DNA of 61,360 nt, the filler included. It is 3 parts of 3 records of this genome, joined end to end, with 100 filler letters (N's around TTAATTAATTAA, not from the genome) between each part and the next. Parts side by side here need not be neighbours in the genome. Positions count along the whole stretch, not along the records: positions 1 to 28,703 come from SRR20825019_1433; 2 more parts are not named here. One strand, written 5' to 3'. Below, in pieces: positions 1 through 9,845 of this stretch. A program made the translations under genes and the position numbers. The notes below the pieces were generated by a model that saw only the letters and a list, made by a program, of their open reading frames with translations, was not told the origin of the DNA and did no database searches. Position 1 is the stretch's first letter. Every line of letters begins with the position of its first letter.

Positions 1-28
1 GTCCTTGGTTCGAGCCCAAGAGGGGGAG
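1..28 (+). tRNA. 3' end of a tRNA (T-arm and acceptor strand), probably tRNA-Asn; truncated by window start
   Basis: T-stem/loop CTTGG-TTCGAGC-CCAAG followed by acceptor strand AGGGGGA and discriminator G. The anticodon is not in the window, so the isotype is inferred. Confidence 0.8.
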
Positions 29-38
29 CATCCAAAGC

Positions 39-68
39 AAAAGCCACCGAATTTCGGTGGCTTTTTTT
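39..68 (+). terminator. Rho-independent terminator after the tRNA
   Basis: AAAAGCCACCGA-ATT-TCGGTGGCTTTTTTT hairpin with U-tract. Confidence 0.85.
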
Positions 69-287
69 GTTGGTACTGTGCAACTTCGTAGTTCTTTTCC
101 CATGTGGTACATCTAACTTTAGTACCAACAATGCTCACTCGATTTCAAGAATATTCTTTAATACCCATTTTTTGTACGAAAAATCTGTGGACCACCTGTC
201 TGGTCAATTCTTTTTTTTGTAATTTAAGTACATAAACACTTGTAAATCAACCTAAAATGAAATCATTATCTATTTTTTTTATGTGCC

Positions 288-1094
288 ATGGCATTACTGT
301 TTTGCAATGAAAGTGCCAAGGCCCAAGATGCCGTTGACAAAGTTTATATGCTCGATGGCAAGGTCAACGAAGGAACCGTAAAAGCCATGGAGGACAACGC
401 CATTACGTTTGTTTATACGGGCGAAAGCTTGGAATATTCCTTGGAAAAATCAAAAATCAACAAAATCGTGTTCGGCAGTGGGAGAACGCAGGTAATCAAT
501 GAGGCTGCTGCCCCCGTAACCGCTGCAGCTGTTGCCAGTGCAAATTCCCGGAACAAACTTGCCGTGATTCCTTTTACCATGATTTCCAACGAAAGCTCAT
601 TGACCACCGATGCCATGGGAGAGGAAATTCAGCATACTACCATCAACTCTTTTATGGACAATACCAGAGGGCTTACCATTTTAGACCCAATGACCACCAA
701 CGCGCTTTTGTTGAAAAATAACCTGAACGCTAACACCATAAAGGCAAAGCTTCCCCAAGAGGTGGCCAAGTTGTTGGGGGTGGAATTTGTAGTGTACGGA
801 ACGGCGAACATTAATTATGAGGGAACTATGACGTTCGGTAGTACCAGCACCACTTATAAGGATAAGGATAAGAGAGGTAGTAAGGATAGGGAAAAATCGG
901 GTAAGGAGTTTAGTAGCAGTAGCTCTTCCACCAGTGATAATTATGATACCACTATAGAAATGAGCATTTATAACGACCAAGGGCAAACCGTGCACAGTGT
1001 TAAAAGAAATGGCTTTGGTTCGTCGTTGGATAAATATCAGGCAACTATAAATTACGTTGTTAAGCGCACCCCTTGGGGAGACAAGCATAAGTAG
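288..1094 (+). CDS. Exported hypothetical protein with a TolB-N/CsgG/LpoB-like alpha/beta domain; true start probably ATG 257, displaced by a +1 slip in a T8 tract
   Basis: 268-aa ORF; KLAVIPF...LLGVEFVVYG pattern; Ala-rich linker; signal peptide is complete only if T8 at 273-280 is read as T7. Confidence 0.6.
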   Translation: MALLFCNESAKAQDAVDKVYMLDGKVNEGTVKAMEDNAITFVYTGESLEYSLEKSKINKIVFGSGRTQVINEAAAPVTAAAVASANSRNKLAVIPFTMISNESSLTTDAMGEEIQHTTINSFMDNTRGLTILDPMTTNALLLKNNLNANTIKAKLPQEVAKLLGVEFVVYGTANINYEGTMTFGSTSTTYKDKDKRGSKDREKSGKEFSSSSSSTSDNYDTTIEMSIYNDQGQTVHSVKRNGFGSSLDKYQATINYVVKRTPWGDKHK

Positions 1095-1170
1095 ACAGCC
1101 AATCTTTTGGGAGCTTTGCTTTAACAGGGAGTTCCCGTTTAAATACAACCCATTAATCCTTCAACTGACC

Positions 1171-2184
1171 ATGCAATCCAAAACACAAACCATCAAAGGG
1201 CCGTTTTTGGCCAAAACAATCACTTTCCTGTATCTAATGTTTTTTGCCCATCAACAAATGTACGGACAAGATTTGGGCTCTACCAGTATAATATCCTACG
1301 AGGATAAACTTGCTTATGGCATCGATTTTAGTACTGATATTGATGAGTTTTTTATTAACAATCCAGATGATGGTGTAAATGCCCATTTGGTTTCCAACAA
1401 TGACCTAAAGCTCACGGTCAGGTTCAACTATAAATTTTTGAACTTGAGTGCCTCTTTCGCCCCGGAGTTTCTGCCAGGCAATGATGACGATGAAGAGCGG
1501 GGAAAAAGTTCATTTCAGAACTATCAGGCCAACCTGTTTCCTGGAAGATTTGTACAGAATGTGTTTTTTAGAAGAATGAAAGGGTTTTATGTTGAGAATA
1601 CCCAAGATTTTCTTCCTACCTGGACCGGGGGCGATCCCTATTTGCAATTCCCGGACCTAAAGAGTATTACGTGGGGCGGAGGTACCGGTTTTATACTTAA
1701 CAAGGACTTCTCATTAAGATCCATCTTAAACCGTCAAGAATGGCAATTGGAAAGTAAGGGGAGCTTTATACCATCCATACAGTATGAGTTCACCAAATTC
1801 ACCAATACTTTTGCTTTTGAGGAGGGGAACGCCTACGGAAAGGAGAACGTAGTCGATTTAAGAGCCGATATTGGATATTATTATAATTTGGTGGTGACTC
1901 CGAACGTAAATATAGTTCCGTCCGTAAGGGGCGGCATTGGTCCCAAATTCTCCAAATATACCCTGCAAGGTGAGGTGGAGAAAAACAACTATTTTGTTAC
2001 CGAGTACGGAGCAGGACTTCGCGTGGGTTATAATACGGATAAGCTCTATTTGGGAGTTATCGGTGAGTTGAATGGTACTTCATACGATGACGATGATGAC
2101 AACATCTCCAATAATCTATGGCATGGGGCATTTTATATTGGTTATCGATTTGAGGCGCCGGAGAGATTAAAAAGAATTTTTTAG
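1171..2184 (+). CDS. DUF4421-like outer-membrane beta-barrel protein
   Basis: Alternating aromatic beta-strands, C-terminal FYIGYRF motif; start placed at internal ATG (MQSK). Confidence 0.65.
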   Translation: MQSKTQTIKGPFLAKTITFLYLMFFAHQQMYGQDLGSTSIISYEDKLAYGIDFSTDIDEFFINNPDDGVNAHLVSNNDLKLTVRFNYKFLNLSASFAPEFLPGNDDDEERGKSSFQNYQANLFPGRFVQNVFFRRMKGFYVENTQDFLPTWTGGDPYLQFPDLKSITWGGGTGFILNKDFSLRSILNRQEWQLESKGSFIPSIQYEFTKFTNTFAFEEGNAYGKENVVDLRADIGYYYNLVVTPNVNIVPSVRGGIGPKFSKYTLQGEVEKNNYFVTEYGAGLRVGYNTDKLYLGVIGELNGTSYDDDDDNISNNLWHGAFYIGYRFEAPERLKRIF

Positions 2185-2199
2185 TTAAGAGGGGAAAAG

Positions 2200-2227
2200 A
2201 AAGAGCCACCGAAATAGGTGGCTCTTT
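2200..2227. terminator. Bidirectional terminator between convergent genes
   Basis: AAAGAGCCACC-GAAATA-GGTGGCTCTTT inverted repeat. Confidence 0.8.
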
Positions 2228-2242
2228 GTATGGAGACATATT

Positions 2243-2803
2243 TTATTGCTGCGCCATTTCCAAATGGATGGTCAGCTCCACTTCATCCCCCAATGTTGGG
2301 GTGTCACCACCAACTCCGAATGCCAATCGGTCTACGGTTCCGGTAAGTTTTAGTCCTGCTTTCAATTTTTGACTGCGTTGATCGGTAATTATTCCGTTGA
2401 CAGTGCCTTCCAAGGTAACCGGTTTGGTAACCCCGTGCATGCTAAGGTCGCCCATTAACTTAAAGGTTTTGTCTCCGGTCTTTTCAAAGCTGGTACTCTT
2501 AAAAGTGATGGAAGGATACTTTTCCACCTCAAAAAAGTCGGCACTTCTTAAATGATCGTCGCGCCTATCATTATCCGTATCAATACTGTTGGTTTTAATA
2601 TCCACCATAAATTCGGCGTCGTCAAAAGTATCAGTCGCTGTTGCTGTTATGTCAAAATCACTAAAATGGCCCTCTATGGTAGAGATCATTAGGTGTGAAA
2701 TGCCAAAACCGACTTTGGAGTGTGCCCCGTCCGATTTCCAAGTGGATTGTGCCGCAACCGCTAGGGATGTTAAAAACGCAAGTACGAAAATAGTCTTCTT
2801 CAT
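2243..2803 (-). CDS. yceI: YceI family lipid/polyisoprenoid-binding protein
   Basis: Signal peptide; HSKVGF..HLMIS and SIDT.NDRRDDHLRSADFFEVEKYP motifs. Confidence 0.9.
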   Translation of the reverse strand: MKKTIFVLAFLTSLAVAAQSTWKSDGAHSKVGFGISHLMISTIEGHFSDFDITATATDTFDDAEFMVDIKTNSIDTDNDRRDDHLRSADFFEVEKYPSITFKSTSFEKTGDKTFKLMGDLSMHGVTKPVTLEGTVNGIITDQRSQKLKAGLKLTGTVDRLAFGVGGDTPTLGDEVELTIHLEMAQQ

Positions 2804-3064
2804 GATTGTGTGATTTAAGTGTTAGTAGTTTTGTTTATAATGCTTTTACCAATTTCAGATAAAATTTTCAACTAAATATGGTCAATTAAAACTTAAGATA
2901 TAAATATTTTCCGTGAACAACATGGGTTAACCCTCAATCAACCAATTGGTTAAGAATGGAAAGAAATAAGATGTCGTTGAGGGGTTAAATATGGTTGTTG
3001 GTAAAGCTACTTTTTTGTAAAAGCAGTTTTATACATAGATTTAGCTCACCTAACTATAATTGCA

Positions 3065-4063
3065 TTGATTTCTAAAAAGGAACTTCTTTTTCAAATAGTA
3101 TTGCACGTATTGGTTCTCCTGTTTTTTTCTTTTGATAGGAATACAGGAAGTATAGTAGTGCACAGGGCAATATTTCTTTTGTTTTATGCCTTGGCCACCG
3201 TGGGTGTTACCTACTATCTTATGCCTAAATTCTTGTACAAAAAGAAATATTGGCAGTTTTTCTTGGGTTCGGCCATAGTGGTATCAATTGTTATTGTAAT
3301 TGAAGAAGTTGTTTTGGAACCCATCATCTTCCCGGGTACCAAACGAGCAGATACTTTTCCGGGTGTTTATGTTTCCCTTTTGGGAATTTTGCCCGTAATG
3401 TTCATTCTGTCAGGATGTAAATTTGGATGGGATGCCCTTAAAAAACAGGCCCAAATCGATGAACTCGAAACCACCATACAAGAAAGTGAACTTCAATTTT
3501 TGCGTAGTCAAATAAATCCTCACTTTTTGTTCAACAATTTAAACAACCTGTATTCTTATGCTTTGCAGGAATCTCCCAAAACTCCAGAAATCATACTCGA
3601 GATGAGCGGAGTATTGCGCTATATGCTGTACGAATCCAAGGAAAAATTAGTGCCCTTGAAAAAGGAGCTGGAGCAATTGGGCAATTTTATCCGTCTGTAT
3701 AAATTGCAGATAGAAGATAGGGGGGAAGTACAGTTTGATGTGGACGAAATTGAGGGAGATTATAGGATTGCACCCTTGATTTTGATTGTTTTCATAGAAA
3801 ATGCCTTCAAGCACAGCCAATCGGGACAGTCTTCAAATATAGAAATAGATATTTCCGTAAAGTTGAGTAATTCTATATTGGAGTTCAGGTGCAAGAACAA
3901 TTATGAGCCAGGGTTTAGTCTGGATAGTGTTGCCAAAGGAATCGGTTTAAAAAATGTAAAGAAGCGTCTTGAACTTCTTTATCCAAAAAAACATATTTTG
4001 CATATAGAGGAGACCGATAACAGCTATAAGGTGTTTCTGAAGCTGGAATTGGAAAAGGTTTAG
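3065..4063 (+). CDS. LytS-type sensor histidine kinase
   Basis: N-terminal TM helices; ELQFLRSQINPHFLFNNLN H-box; IENAFKH; GIGLKNVKKRL. Confidence 0.9.
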   Translation: MISKKELLFQIVLHVLVLLFFSFDRNTGSIVVHRAIFLLFYALATVGVTYYLMPKFLYKKKYWQFFLGSAIVVSIVIVIEEVVLEPIIFPGTKRADTFPGVYVSLLGILPVMFILSGCKFGWDALKKQAQIDELETTIQESELQFLRSQINPHFLFNNLNNLYSYALQESPKTPEIILEMSGVLRYMLYESKEKLVPLKKELEQLGNFIRLYKLQIEDRGEVQFDVDEIEGDYRIAPLILIVFIENAFKHSQSGQSSNIEIDISVKLSNSILEFRCKNNYEPGFSLDSVAKGIGLKNVKKRLELLYPKKHILHIEETDNSYKVFLKLELEKV

Positions 4064-4066
4064 TTT

Positions 4067-4756
4067 ATGAGGTGTATAATTGTTGAAGATCAGCCGCCGG
4101 CACAGCGAATACTAAAGAAGTTTATTCAGGATGTGCCCACATTGGAACTGGTACAGGTTTTCTCCGATGGATTGACGGCTATGGAATTCCTGAACAAGGA
4201 GTCGGTGGACCTCATGTTCCTCGATATCCATCTACCCAAAATAAATGGACTGGATTTTCTAAAGAGCATTCCGGACCCTCCACATGTTATATTGACCACT
4301 GCTTTTTCAGAATATGCACTCGAAGGATACGATTTGAACGTCGTGGACTATCTTTTAAAGCCCTTTTCTTTTCAACGTTTCCTGCAAGCTGTCAATAAGG
4401 TCAACGCAAAGCACGAACATGTAAGTACCAAAAATGATACTACGCCACTCACCGAGATCTATGTAAAATCCAGCCATGAGCACATCAAGGTTTTGGTACG
4501 TGACATTTATACCATTGCTTCCGATTCGGATTACACAGAAATTCACCTAAAGGACAAAAAAATATTGTCCAATGAGCCTTTGCGCCATTGGATGGAAGTA
4601 TTGGGAGGCAGTCAGTTCTATCAAATACACAAATCGCATATCATCAACACCAAAAAAATAGATCGTATATCGGGAAATCTTGTAATGCTGAGTAATGGAG
4701 CCAAAATACCCATGGGGAGGGCATATAAGGATAACTTCTTAAAAAGTATTCTATAA
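4067..4756 (+). CDS. LytTR family response regulator
   Basis: Receiver domain (IVED, FLDIHLP, DYLLKP) plus LytTR domain (FYQIHKSHIIN). Confidence 0.92.
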   Translation: MRCIIVEDQPPAQRILKKFIQDVPTLELVQVFSDGLTAMEFLNKESVDLMFLDIHLPKINGLDFLKSIPDPPHVILTTAFSEYALEGYDLNVVDYLLKPFSFQRFLQAVNKVNAKHEHVSTKNDTTPLTEIYVKSSHEHIKVLVRDIYTIASDSDYTEIHLKDKKILSNEPLRHWMEVLGGSQFYQIHKSHIINTKKIDRISGNLVMLSNGAKIPMGRAYKDNFLKSIL

Positions 4757-4781
4757 AAAAAGCCCAGATTTCTGGGCTTTT
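4757..4781. terminator. Bidirectional terminator
   Basis: AAAAAGCCCAGA-TT-TCTGGGCTTTT between convergent genes. Confidence 0.8.
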
Positions 4782-4803
4782 ATATTTTACTTTACCTCAT
4801 CTT

Positions 4804-6453
4804 CTACTTCGCAAAGTAGATATAAATTCCAACTACGATTATGGCAATGAATGTACTTGCCAATTTCACATGTTTCCAAGGTTCTATGGAAACCTGCTTG
4901 GTATACTCCAGTTGGAAAGGCTCTTTTCGCGGGTAGAATTTTCCGATAATCAACATGATGAGGATGTTGGAAATAAACAATATCGCCATTACGTGTAGAT
5001 AGTGTGGATAGGCGCCTGCCTCTATTAAATTGAGCTCTGCAGGGTCGGTAATTCCGTTTGCTTTTGCTTCGGCCAGTGCGTTGGCGACCATTTTTGGTCC
5101 AACAATAAATTGACTGATGATATAAAGAACTGAACCAGAAAGTATACCAATTTTTGCTGCGATGGCGGGAACCCTTTTGGTCAAATAGCCCACCACGATG
5201 ATCGTAAAGATGGGGATGCTGTATATACCATTGATCTCTTGTAGATAGTTGAACAAGCTGCCCGCATTGGCGATAAGAGGTGCTATGAACATCGCTGCAA
5301 GTGCCAAACAGACCCCAAAAACTTTACCGTATTTTACCACGGTCATTTCCGATGCATTTTTGTTGATGTGCTGCTTGTAGATGTCAATTCCGAACAAAGT
5401 TACCGAACTGTTGAGTACACTGTTGAAGGAACTCAAAATAGCTCCAAAAAGCACGGCTGCAAAAAAGCCCATTAATGGTTTGGGCAGTACGGCTCTGACC
5501 AGTTCCGGGTAGGCAAGGTCACTGCTGGCCAATCCGCCTTCAAAATAGTAGTAAGCGATCATTCCTGGCAATACCAAGATGATTGGCCCCAAAATTTTTA
5601 AAAAGGCGGCCAATAACAGTCCTTTTTGTCCTTCAGCAAGGTTTTTGGCCCCCAGACCCCGTTGAATAATCTGTTGATTGGTTCCCCAATAGAAGAGCTG
5701 AACCAGCATCATTCCGGTAAAAATAGTGGAAAAGGGCACCTCTTGTCCTGGATTTCCGGTCGAATCAAAACGCTCTGGGTTAGCGGCCATCAAAGTTTCC
5801 AATCCGCCCATTACACTTCCATCGCCTATGGCCATCAAACCAAAAACGGGAATCATGATCCCCCCAATAATAAGACCAACGGCATTGATACTATCTGAAA
5901 CGGCAACGGCCTTCAACCCACCAAAAACAGCATAAATGGAACCAATGACACCGATGCCCCAGATACAGATTACCAAGGCTGTGGAGTCGGATACGCCCAA
6001 TAGTGCGGGAACATCGAACATGCCACTAATGGCTACGGAACCGGAATACAAGATTACTGGAAGCAGAACCACTACGTAACCTGTCAGGAACAGTCCAGAG
6101 GTTATGGTTTTTGTGGCGACGTCAAAACGTTTGGCCAAAAATTGGGGCACGGTTGTTAGTCCTCCTTTAAGGTAGCGGGGGAGCAAGAACATGGCCGTCA
6201 CTACAATGGCGAGGGCAGCCAAGGTTTCCCAGGCCATAACGGAGAGCCCGTCCTTGTAAGCACTACCGTTTAGTCCAACGATTTGTTCCGTGGAGAGGTT
6301 GGTCAATAATAAGGAGCCGGCTATGACTCCTGCGGTAAGACTCCTGCCTCCCAAAAAATAACCGTCCGACGATGTTTCATCTGTTTTTCTAACCGACCAC
6401 CAAGAAATGATTCCTACTAAAATGGTGAATCCCAAAAACGAAATAAGTGCCAT
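4804..6453 (-). CDS. Sodium:solute symporter (SLC5/SSS, YidK-like)
   Basis: GYFLGGRSL, SLLLTNLSTEQIVG, YWGTNQQIIQR motifs; many TM helices. Confidence 0.9.
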   Translation of the reverse strand: MALISFLGFTILVGIISWWSVRKTDETSSDGYFLGGRSLTAGVIAGSLLLTNLSTEQIVGLNGSAYKDGLSVMAWETLAALAIVVTAMFLLPRYLKGGLTTVPQFLAKRFDVATKTITSGLFLTGYVVVLLPVILYSGSVAISGMFDVPALLGVSDSTALVICIWGIGVIGSIYAVFGGLKAVAVSDSINAVGLIIGGIMIPVFGLMAIGDGSVMGGLETLMAANPERFDSTGNPGQEVPFSTIFTGMMLVQLFYWGTNQQIIQRGLGAKNLAEGQKGLLLAAFLKILGPIILVLPGMIAYYYFEGGLASSDLAYPELVRAVLPKPLMGFFAAVLFGAILSSFNSVLNSSVTLFGIDIYKQHINKNASEMTVVKYGKVFGVCLALAAMFIAPLIANAGSLFNYLQEINGIYSIPIFTIIVVGYLTKRVPAIAAKIGILSGSVLYIISQFIVGPKMVANALAEAKANGITDPAELNLIEAGAYPHYLHVMAILFISNILIMLIIGKFYPRKEPFQLEYTKQVSIEPWKHVKLASTFIAIIVVGIYIYFAK

Positions 6454-6719
6454 ACTATATTATTTGGTGTTTTGTCCATGGACAAAACGATTTGTTTAGC
6501 TGGTTGTGCACGCTAATATAACTTGAATTTTCCGAAATTAAGGGTGAAGCCTTAAACTCAACATTTTATTTTAAAACTGAAGTATTTGAAAAAGATGATG
6601 TGCTTATGACACTTGTAAAAACATAATGGATTGCTAACGATAATTTAAACTAAAAAGTAGGGTAGCTCTCTTAAAAAATTGAGTAATTTGAAACATAATT
6701 TTATTATTTGTAAACATTT

Positions 6720-8012
6720 ATGAATAAAAGTACGGTCATCAAGCGACCAGGGTTCGTGTTTGTGTTGCATGCTTCGCTTGCCGCTTTTGGCACCTACTTT
6801 TGTATGTACGCCTTTAGAAAGCCATTTTCCGTGGCCACTTTTGATGGGCTCTCCTTTATAGGTGTGGATTACAAAATACTTTTGGTGATTGCCCAGGTTT
6901 TGGGTTATGCACTTTCCAAATTTGTTGGGATAAAAATCATCTCGGAACTTAAGCCCAACCGAAGGTTACTTTACCTAATTTCACTTATAATACTTGCGGA
7001 AATTTCGCTCTTGCTCTTCGCATGGGTACCCGCACCGTACAATATCCCATTTATGTTCCTTAACGGTTTTCCTTTGGGAATGATATGGGGCATTGTGTTC
7101 TCTTATATTGAAGGACGTAGGTTTACCGATATTTTGGGAGTAGTCCTTTCCGCAAGTTTTATAGTATCCAGCGGAGTGGTAAAATCGGTGGGACTTTTTG
7201 TTATGAATTCTTGGGAGGTCAGTGAATTTTGGATGCCGTCCGTAACGGGGGCACTCTTCTTTGTGCCCCTTTTGATCTGTTCATATTTGTTGCAACGGGT
7301 GCCTCCGCCAACCCCCGAAGATATTGCCAACCGTACGGAGCGGATTCCAATGACGGCAGCCGATAGAAAAAGTTTAGTGAAAAAGTTCATGTTTCCGTTG
7401 CTTATTATTGTGCTGTTCTATACGTTTTTGACGGCCTTCCGGGATTTTCGGGACAATTTTGCCCGGGAGCTTTGGGACAGTATCGGTTATGAAGGTGATG
7501 CTTCCGTTTTTTCCACATCGGAAATCATTATCGCCGTCGTAGTGCTTTTGATAATCGGGACCATCTTTTATGTGAAAGATAACTTTAAAGCCTTGCTTAC
7601 CTATCATGTGCTACTGATTTTAGGAACTTTGGTTTTGGTGATCAGTACCATAATGTTTCAAATCGGGGTTTTGGACCCGTTTGTTTGGATGGTCTGTACA
7701 GGGTTTGGCCTTTATATTTGTTATGTACCGTTCAACTGTCTCTTTTTTGATCGCTTTATAGCCACTTTTAAGGTAAAAGGCAACTCAGGTTTTCTAATTT
7801 ACATTGCAGATGCCTTTGGGTACCTTGGAAGCATCTTGGTATTACTGTACAAGAATTTTGGGCAGGCAAATGTGTCGTGGCTGAACTTTTTTGTGTACGG
7901 AACGTACGCAGTTGCATTGATAGGTATTGTCAGTACATCGATATTATATGTGCACTTTGTGACCCGCCACAGATCGGAAGAATTTAATAAGCAATTGGAA
8001 TATGGACAATAA
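6720..8012 (+). CDS. DUF5690 family MFS-like membrane transporter (phosphonate-cluster associated)
   Basis: AAFGTYFCMYAFRKPF, LGMIWGIVFSYIEGRR, RDFRDNF motifs; ~12 TM helices; overlaps next gene. Confidence 0.75.
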   Translation: MNKSTVIKRPGFVFVLHASLAAFGTYFCMYAFRKPFSVATFDGLSFIGVDYKILLVIAQVLGYALSKFVGIKIISELKPNRRLLYLISLIILAEISLLLFAWVPAPYNIPFMFLNGFPLGMIWGIVFSYIEGRRFTDILGVVLSASFIVSSGVVKSVGLFVMNSWEVSEFWMPSVTGALFFVPLLICSYLLQRVPPPTPEDIANRTERIPMTAADRKSLVKKFMFPLLIIVLFYTFLTAFRDFRDNFARELWDSIGYEGDASVFSTSEIIIAVVVLLIIGTIFYVKDNFKALLTYHVLLILGTLVLVISTIMFQIGVLDPFVWMVCTGFGLYICYVPFNCLFFDRFIATFKVKGNSGFLIYIADAFGYLGSILVLLYKNFGQANVSWLNFFVYGTYAVALIGIVSTSILYVHFVTRHRSEEFNKQLEYGQ

Positions 8013-9174
8013 ATATGATGCCGTCATAGTAGGTGGGGGTGTTTTAGGGACTTTTCATGCCTACCATGCACTGGAATTGGGCCTAAAAGTCTGTTTGGTA
8101 GAAAAAGATATCTATCCCAAAGGAGCGACCACACAAAATTTTGGACAAGTCGTCCCTTCGGGCATGAATACCAAATGGCAGAAATTTGGAAGGGAAAGTC
8201 TTCGAATCTATAAAGATATACAGTCTCAGTTCGATATTAGCATCCGCCAGAACGGAACGGTGTATTTGGCATCCAATGAAGAGGAGGAACAGTTGCTGGT
8301 GGAGTTGAGAGCCATCAACAATGGGAACGATTACACATCAAAAATGCTCACCAAACAAGAATGTTTGGCCAATTACCCCGGACTTAGAAAGGAATATGTG
8401 ACGGCAGGTCTTTTTTTTCCACAAGAGGTCACGGTTGAGCCTAAAACCATGATCCATAAGCTCCAGAAATATCTGATGGAACAAAAAGGCTTGGATATCA
8501 AGTTTGATTTTCCCGTGGTTTCTTGTGAATCCGATGGGGAATGGGTGTCTGTTCAGAACACAAAAAATGAAACGGTTTTTGGCAAAAAAGTAATAATATG
8601 TAATGGCGCCGATTTTAAAAATCTGTATCCGGAAATCTTCGCAGACAGCGACCTGGAAGTTTCCAAATTACAGATGATGCAGACCAAGCCCCAAGAAAAC
8701 TATAACTTGAAAGGTTCGATTCTTACAGGTTGGTCCATTCGCAGGTACGAAGCATTTCATGAATGCCCATCCTTTGCTGGAATCAAGGAAAACGAGCCAA
8801 AGGACAGCCTTCAGAAAATATGGGGAGTACACATTCTTTTTAAACAAGCGATGGATGGTTCGGTGATTTTGGGTGATTCCCATCAATATGCCGATGCCAA
8901 CAGGATAGAGGATTTGGGTTACGACCTGGATATGGATATCGATAATTTTATGATAGAGGAAGCCAAAAAAATCATTGATCTTCCTACGTATCAAATTCAA
9001 AGAAGATGGTACGGAATGTACTCACAATGCAAGAACAGCGATATTTTTCAAAAAACAATTGACAACAATATTCATGTTGTAACAGGCATTGGTGGTAAGG
9101 GGATGACGGGAAGCGCCGGATTCTCGAAAAAAAATATCGCAACGATTTTTAACGCACAGAAAATCAAACTATGA
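8002..9174 (+). CDS. TIGR03364-type FAD-dependent oxidoreductase (putative aminophosphonate oxidase)
   Basis: GGGVLG dinucleotide-binding motif, GATTQNFGQ, GDSHQY, GIGGKGMT; phosphonate gene context. Confidence 0.8.
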   Translation: MDNKYDAVIVGGGVLGTFHAYHALELGLKVCLVEKDIYPKGATTQNFGQVVPSGMNTKWQKFGRESLRIYKDIQSQFDISIRQNGTVYLASNEEEEQLLVELRAINNGNDYTSKMLTKQECLANYPGLRKEYVTAGLFFPQEVTVEPKTMIHKLQKYLMEQKGLDIKFDFPVVSCESDGEWVSVQNTKNETVFGKKVIICNGADFKNLYPEIFADSDLEVSKLQMMQTKPQENYNLKGSILTGWSIRRYEAFHECPSFAGIKENEPKDSLQKIWGVHILFKQAMDGSVILGDSHQYADANRIEDLGYDLDMDIDNFMIEEAKKIIDLPTYQIQRRWYGMYSQCKNSDIFQKTIDNNIHVVTGIGGKGMTGSAGFSKKNIATIFNAQKIKL

Positions 9175-9845
9175 AAAAAATACAATTGGCCGTTTTTGAT
9201 ATGGCAGGCACCACAGTGAACGAGGACAATGTAGTCTATAAAACGGTTAGGGCCGCTTTGGCCAAGCATGGGGTAGAAGTTTCTTTGGATACCGTTCTGG
9301 AATTTGGCGCAGGTAAGGAAAAATTCAAGGCCATTGCAGATATATTGGAACAGACCAAGAATACATCAATTGATACCAATCTTGTATTTGAAGATTTCAA
9401 AGAAATGTTGGACGAAGCCTATTCCAATTTAGAAGTTACCTCCTATGATGGTGTAGAGGCATTTTTTCAACTATTAAAGTCCAAAGATGTCAAAGTAGTA
9501 TTGAACACTGGATATGACCAAAAAACCGCAAGTTCACTTTTGAGCAAACTGGGATGGGTCCAAGGGAATCAAATCGATGCTGTGATTACCGCCGACGATG
9601 TGGTAAATGGGAGACCTTCTTCGGAAATGATAGACAAGGCTATGGATATGTTCGGTATCAAAAACCCTGAAAATGTATTGAAAGCTGGTGACTCCATTAT
9701 CGATATTGAAGAGGGGAAAAATGCGAATTGTGGTTGGACCGTGGGTGTTTTGACCGGCGCCCAAACACGTGAACAGTTGTCGACTGCCCAACCGACGCTG
9801 ATATTGGATTCCTTGACCGATTTGGAAAAGGTATTGTTTTCTTGA
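9171..9845 (+). CDS. Phosphonatase-like HAD hydrolase (TIGR03351/PhnX-like)
   Basis: Motif I FDMAGT (cf. PhnX DWAGT), cap Lys in GAGKEK, LNTGY, GRP, KAGDSIIDIEEGKNA. Confidence 0.85.
   Translation: MKKIQLAVFDMAGTTVNEDNVVYKTVRAALAKHGVEVSLDTVLEFGAGKEKFKAIADILEQTKNTSIDTNLVFEDFKEMLDEAYSNLEVTSYDGVEAFFQLLKSKDVKVVLNTGYDQKTASSLLSKLGWVQGNQIDAVITADDVVNGRPSSEMIDKAMDMFGIKNPENVLKAGDSIIDIEEGKNANCGWTVGVLTGAQTREQLSTAQPTLILDSLTDLEKVLFS

Noticed and set aside
2804-3064. LytTR direct-repeat binding site between yceI and the kinase
   Set aside because: Only weak, irregular repeats in AT-rich DNA; no convincing pair with fixed spacing.
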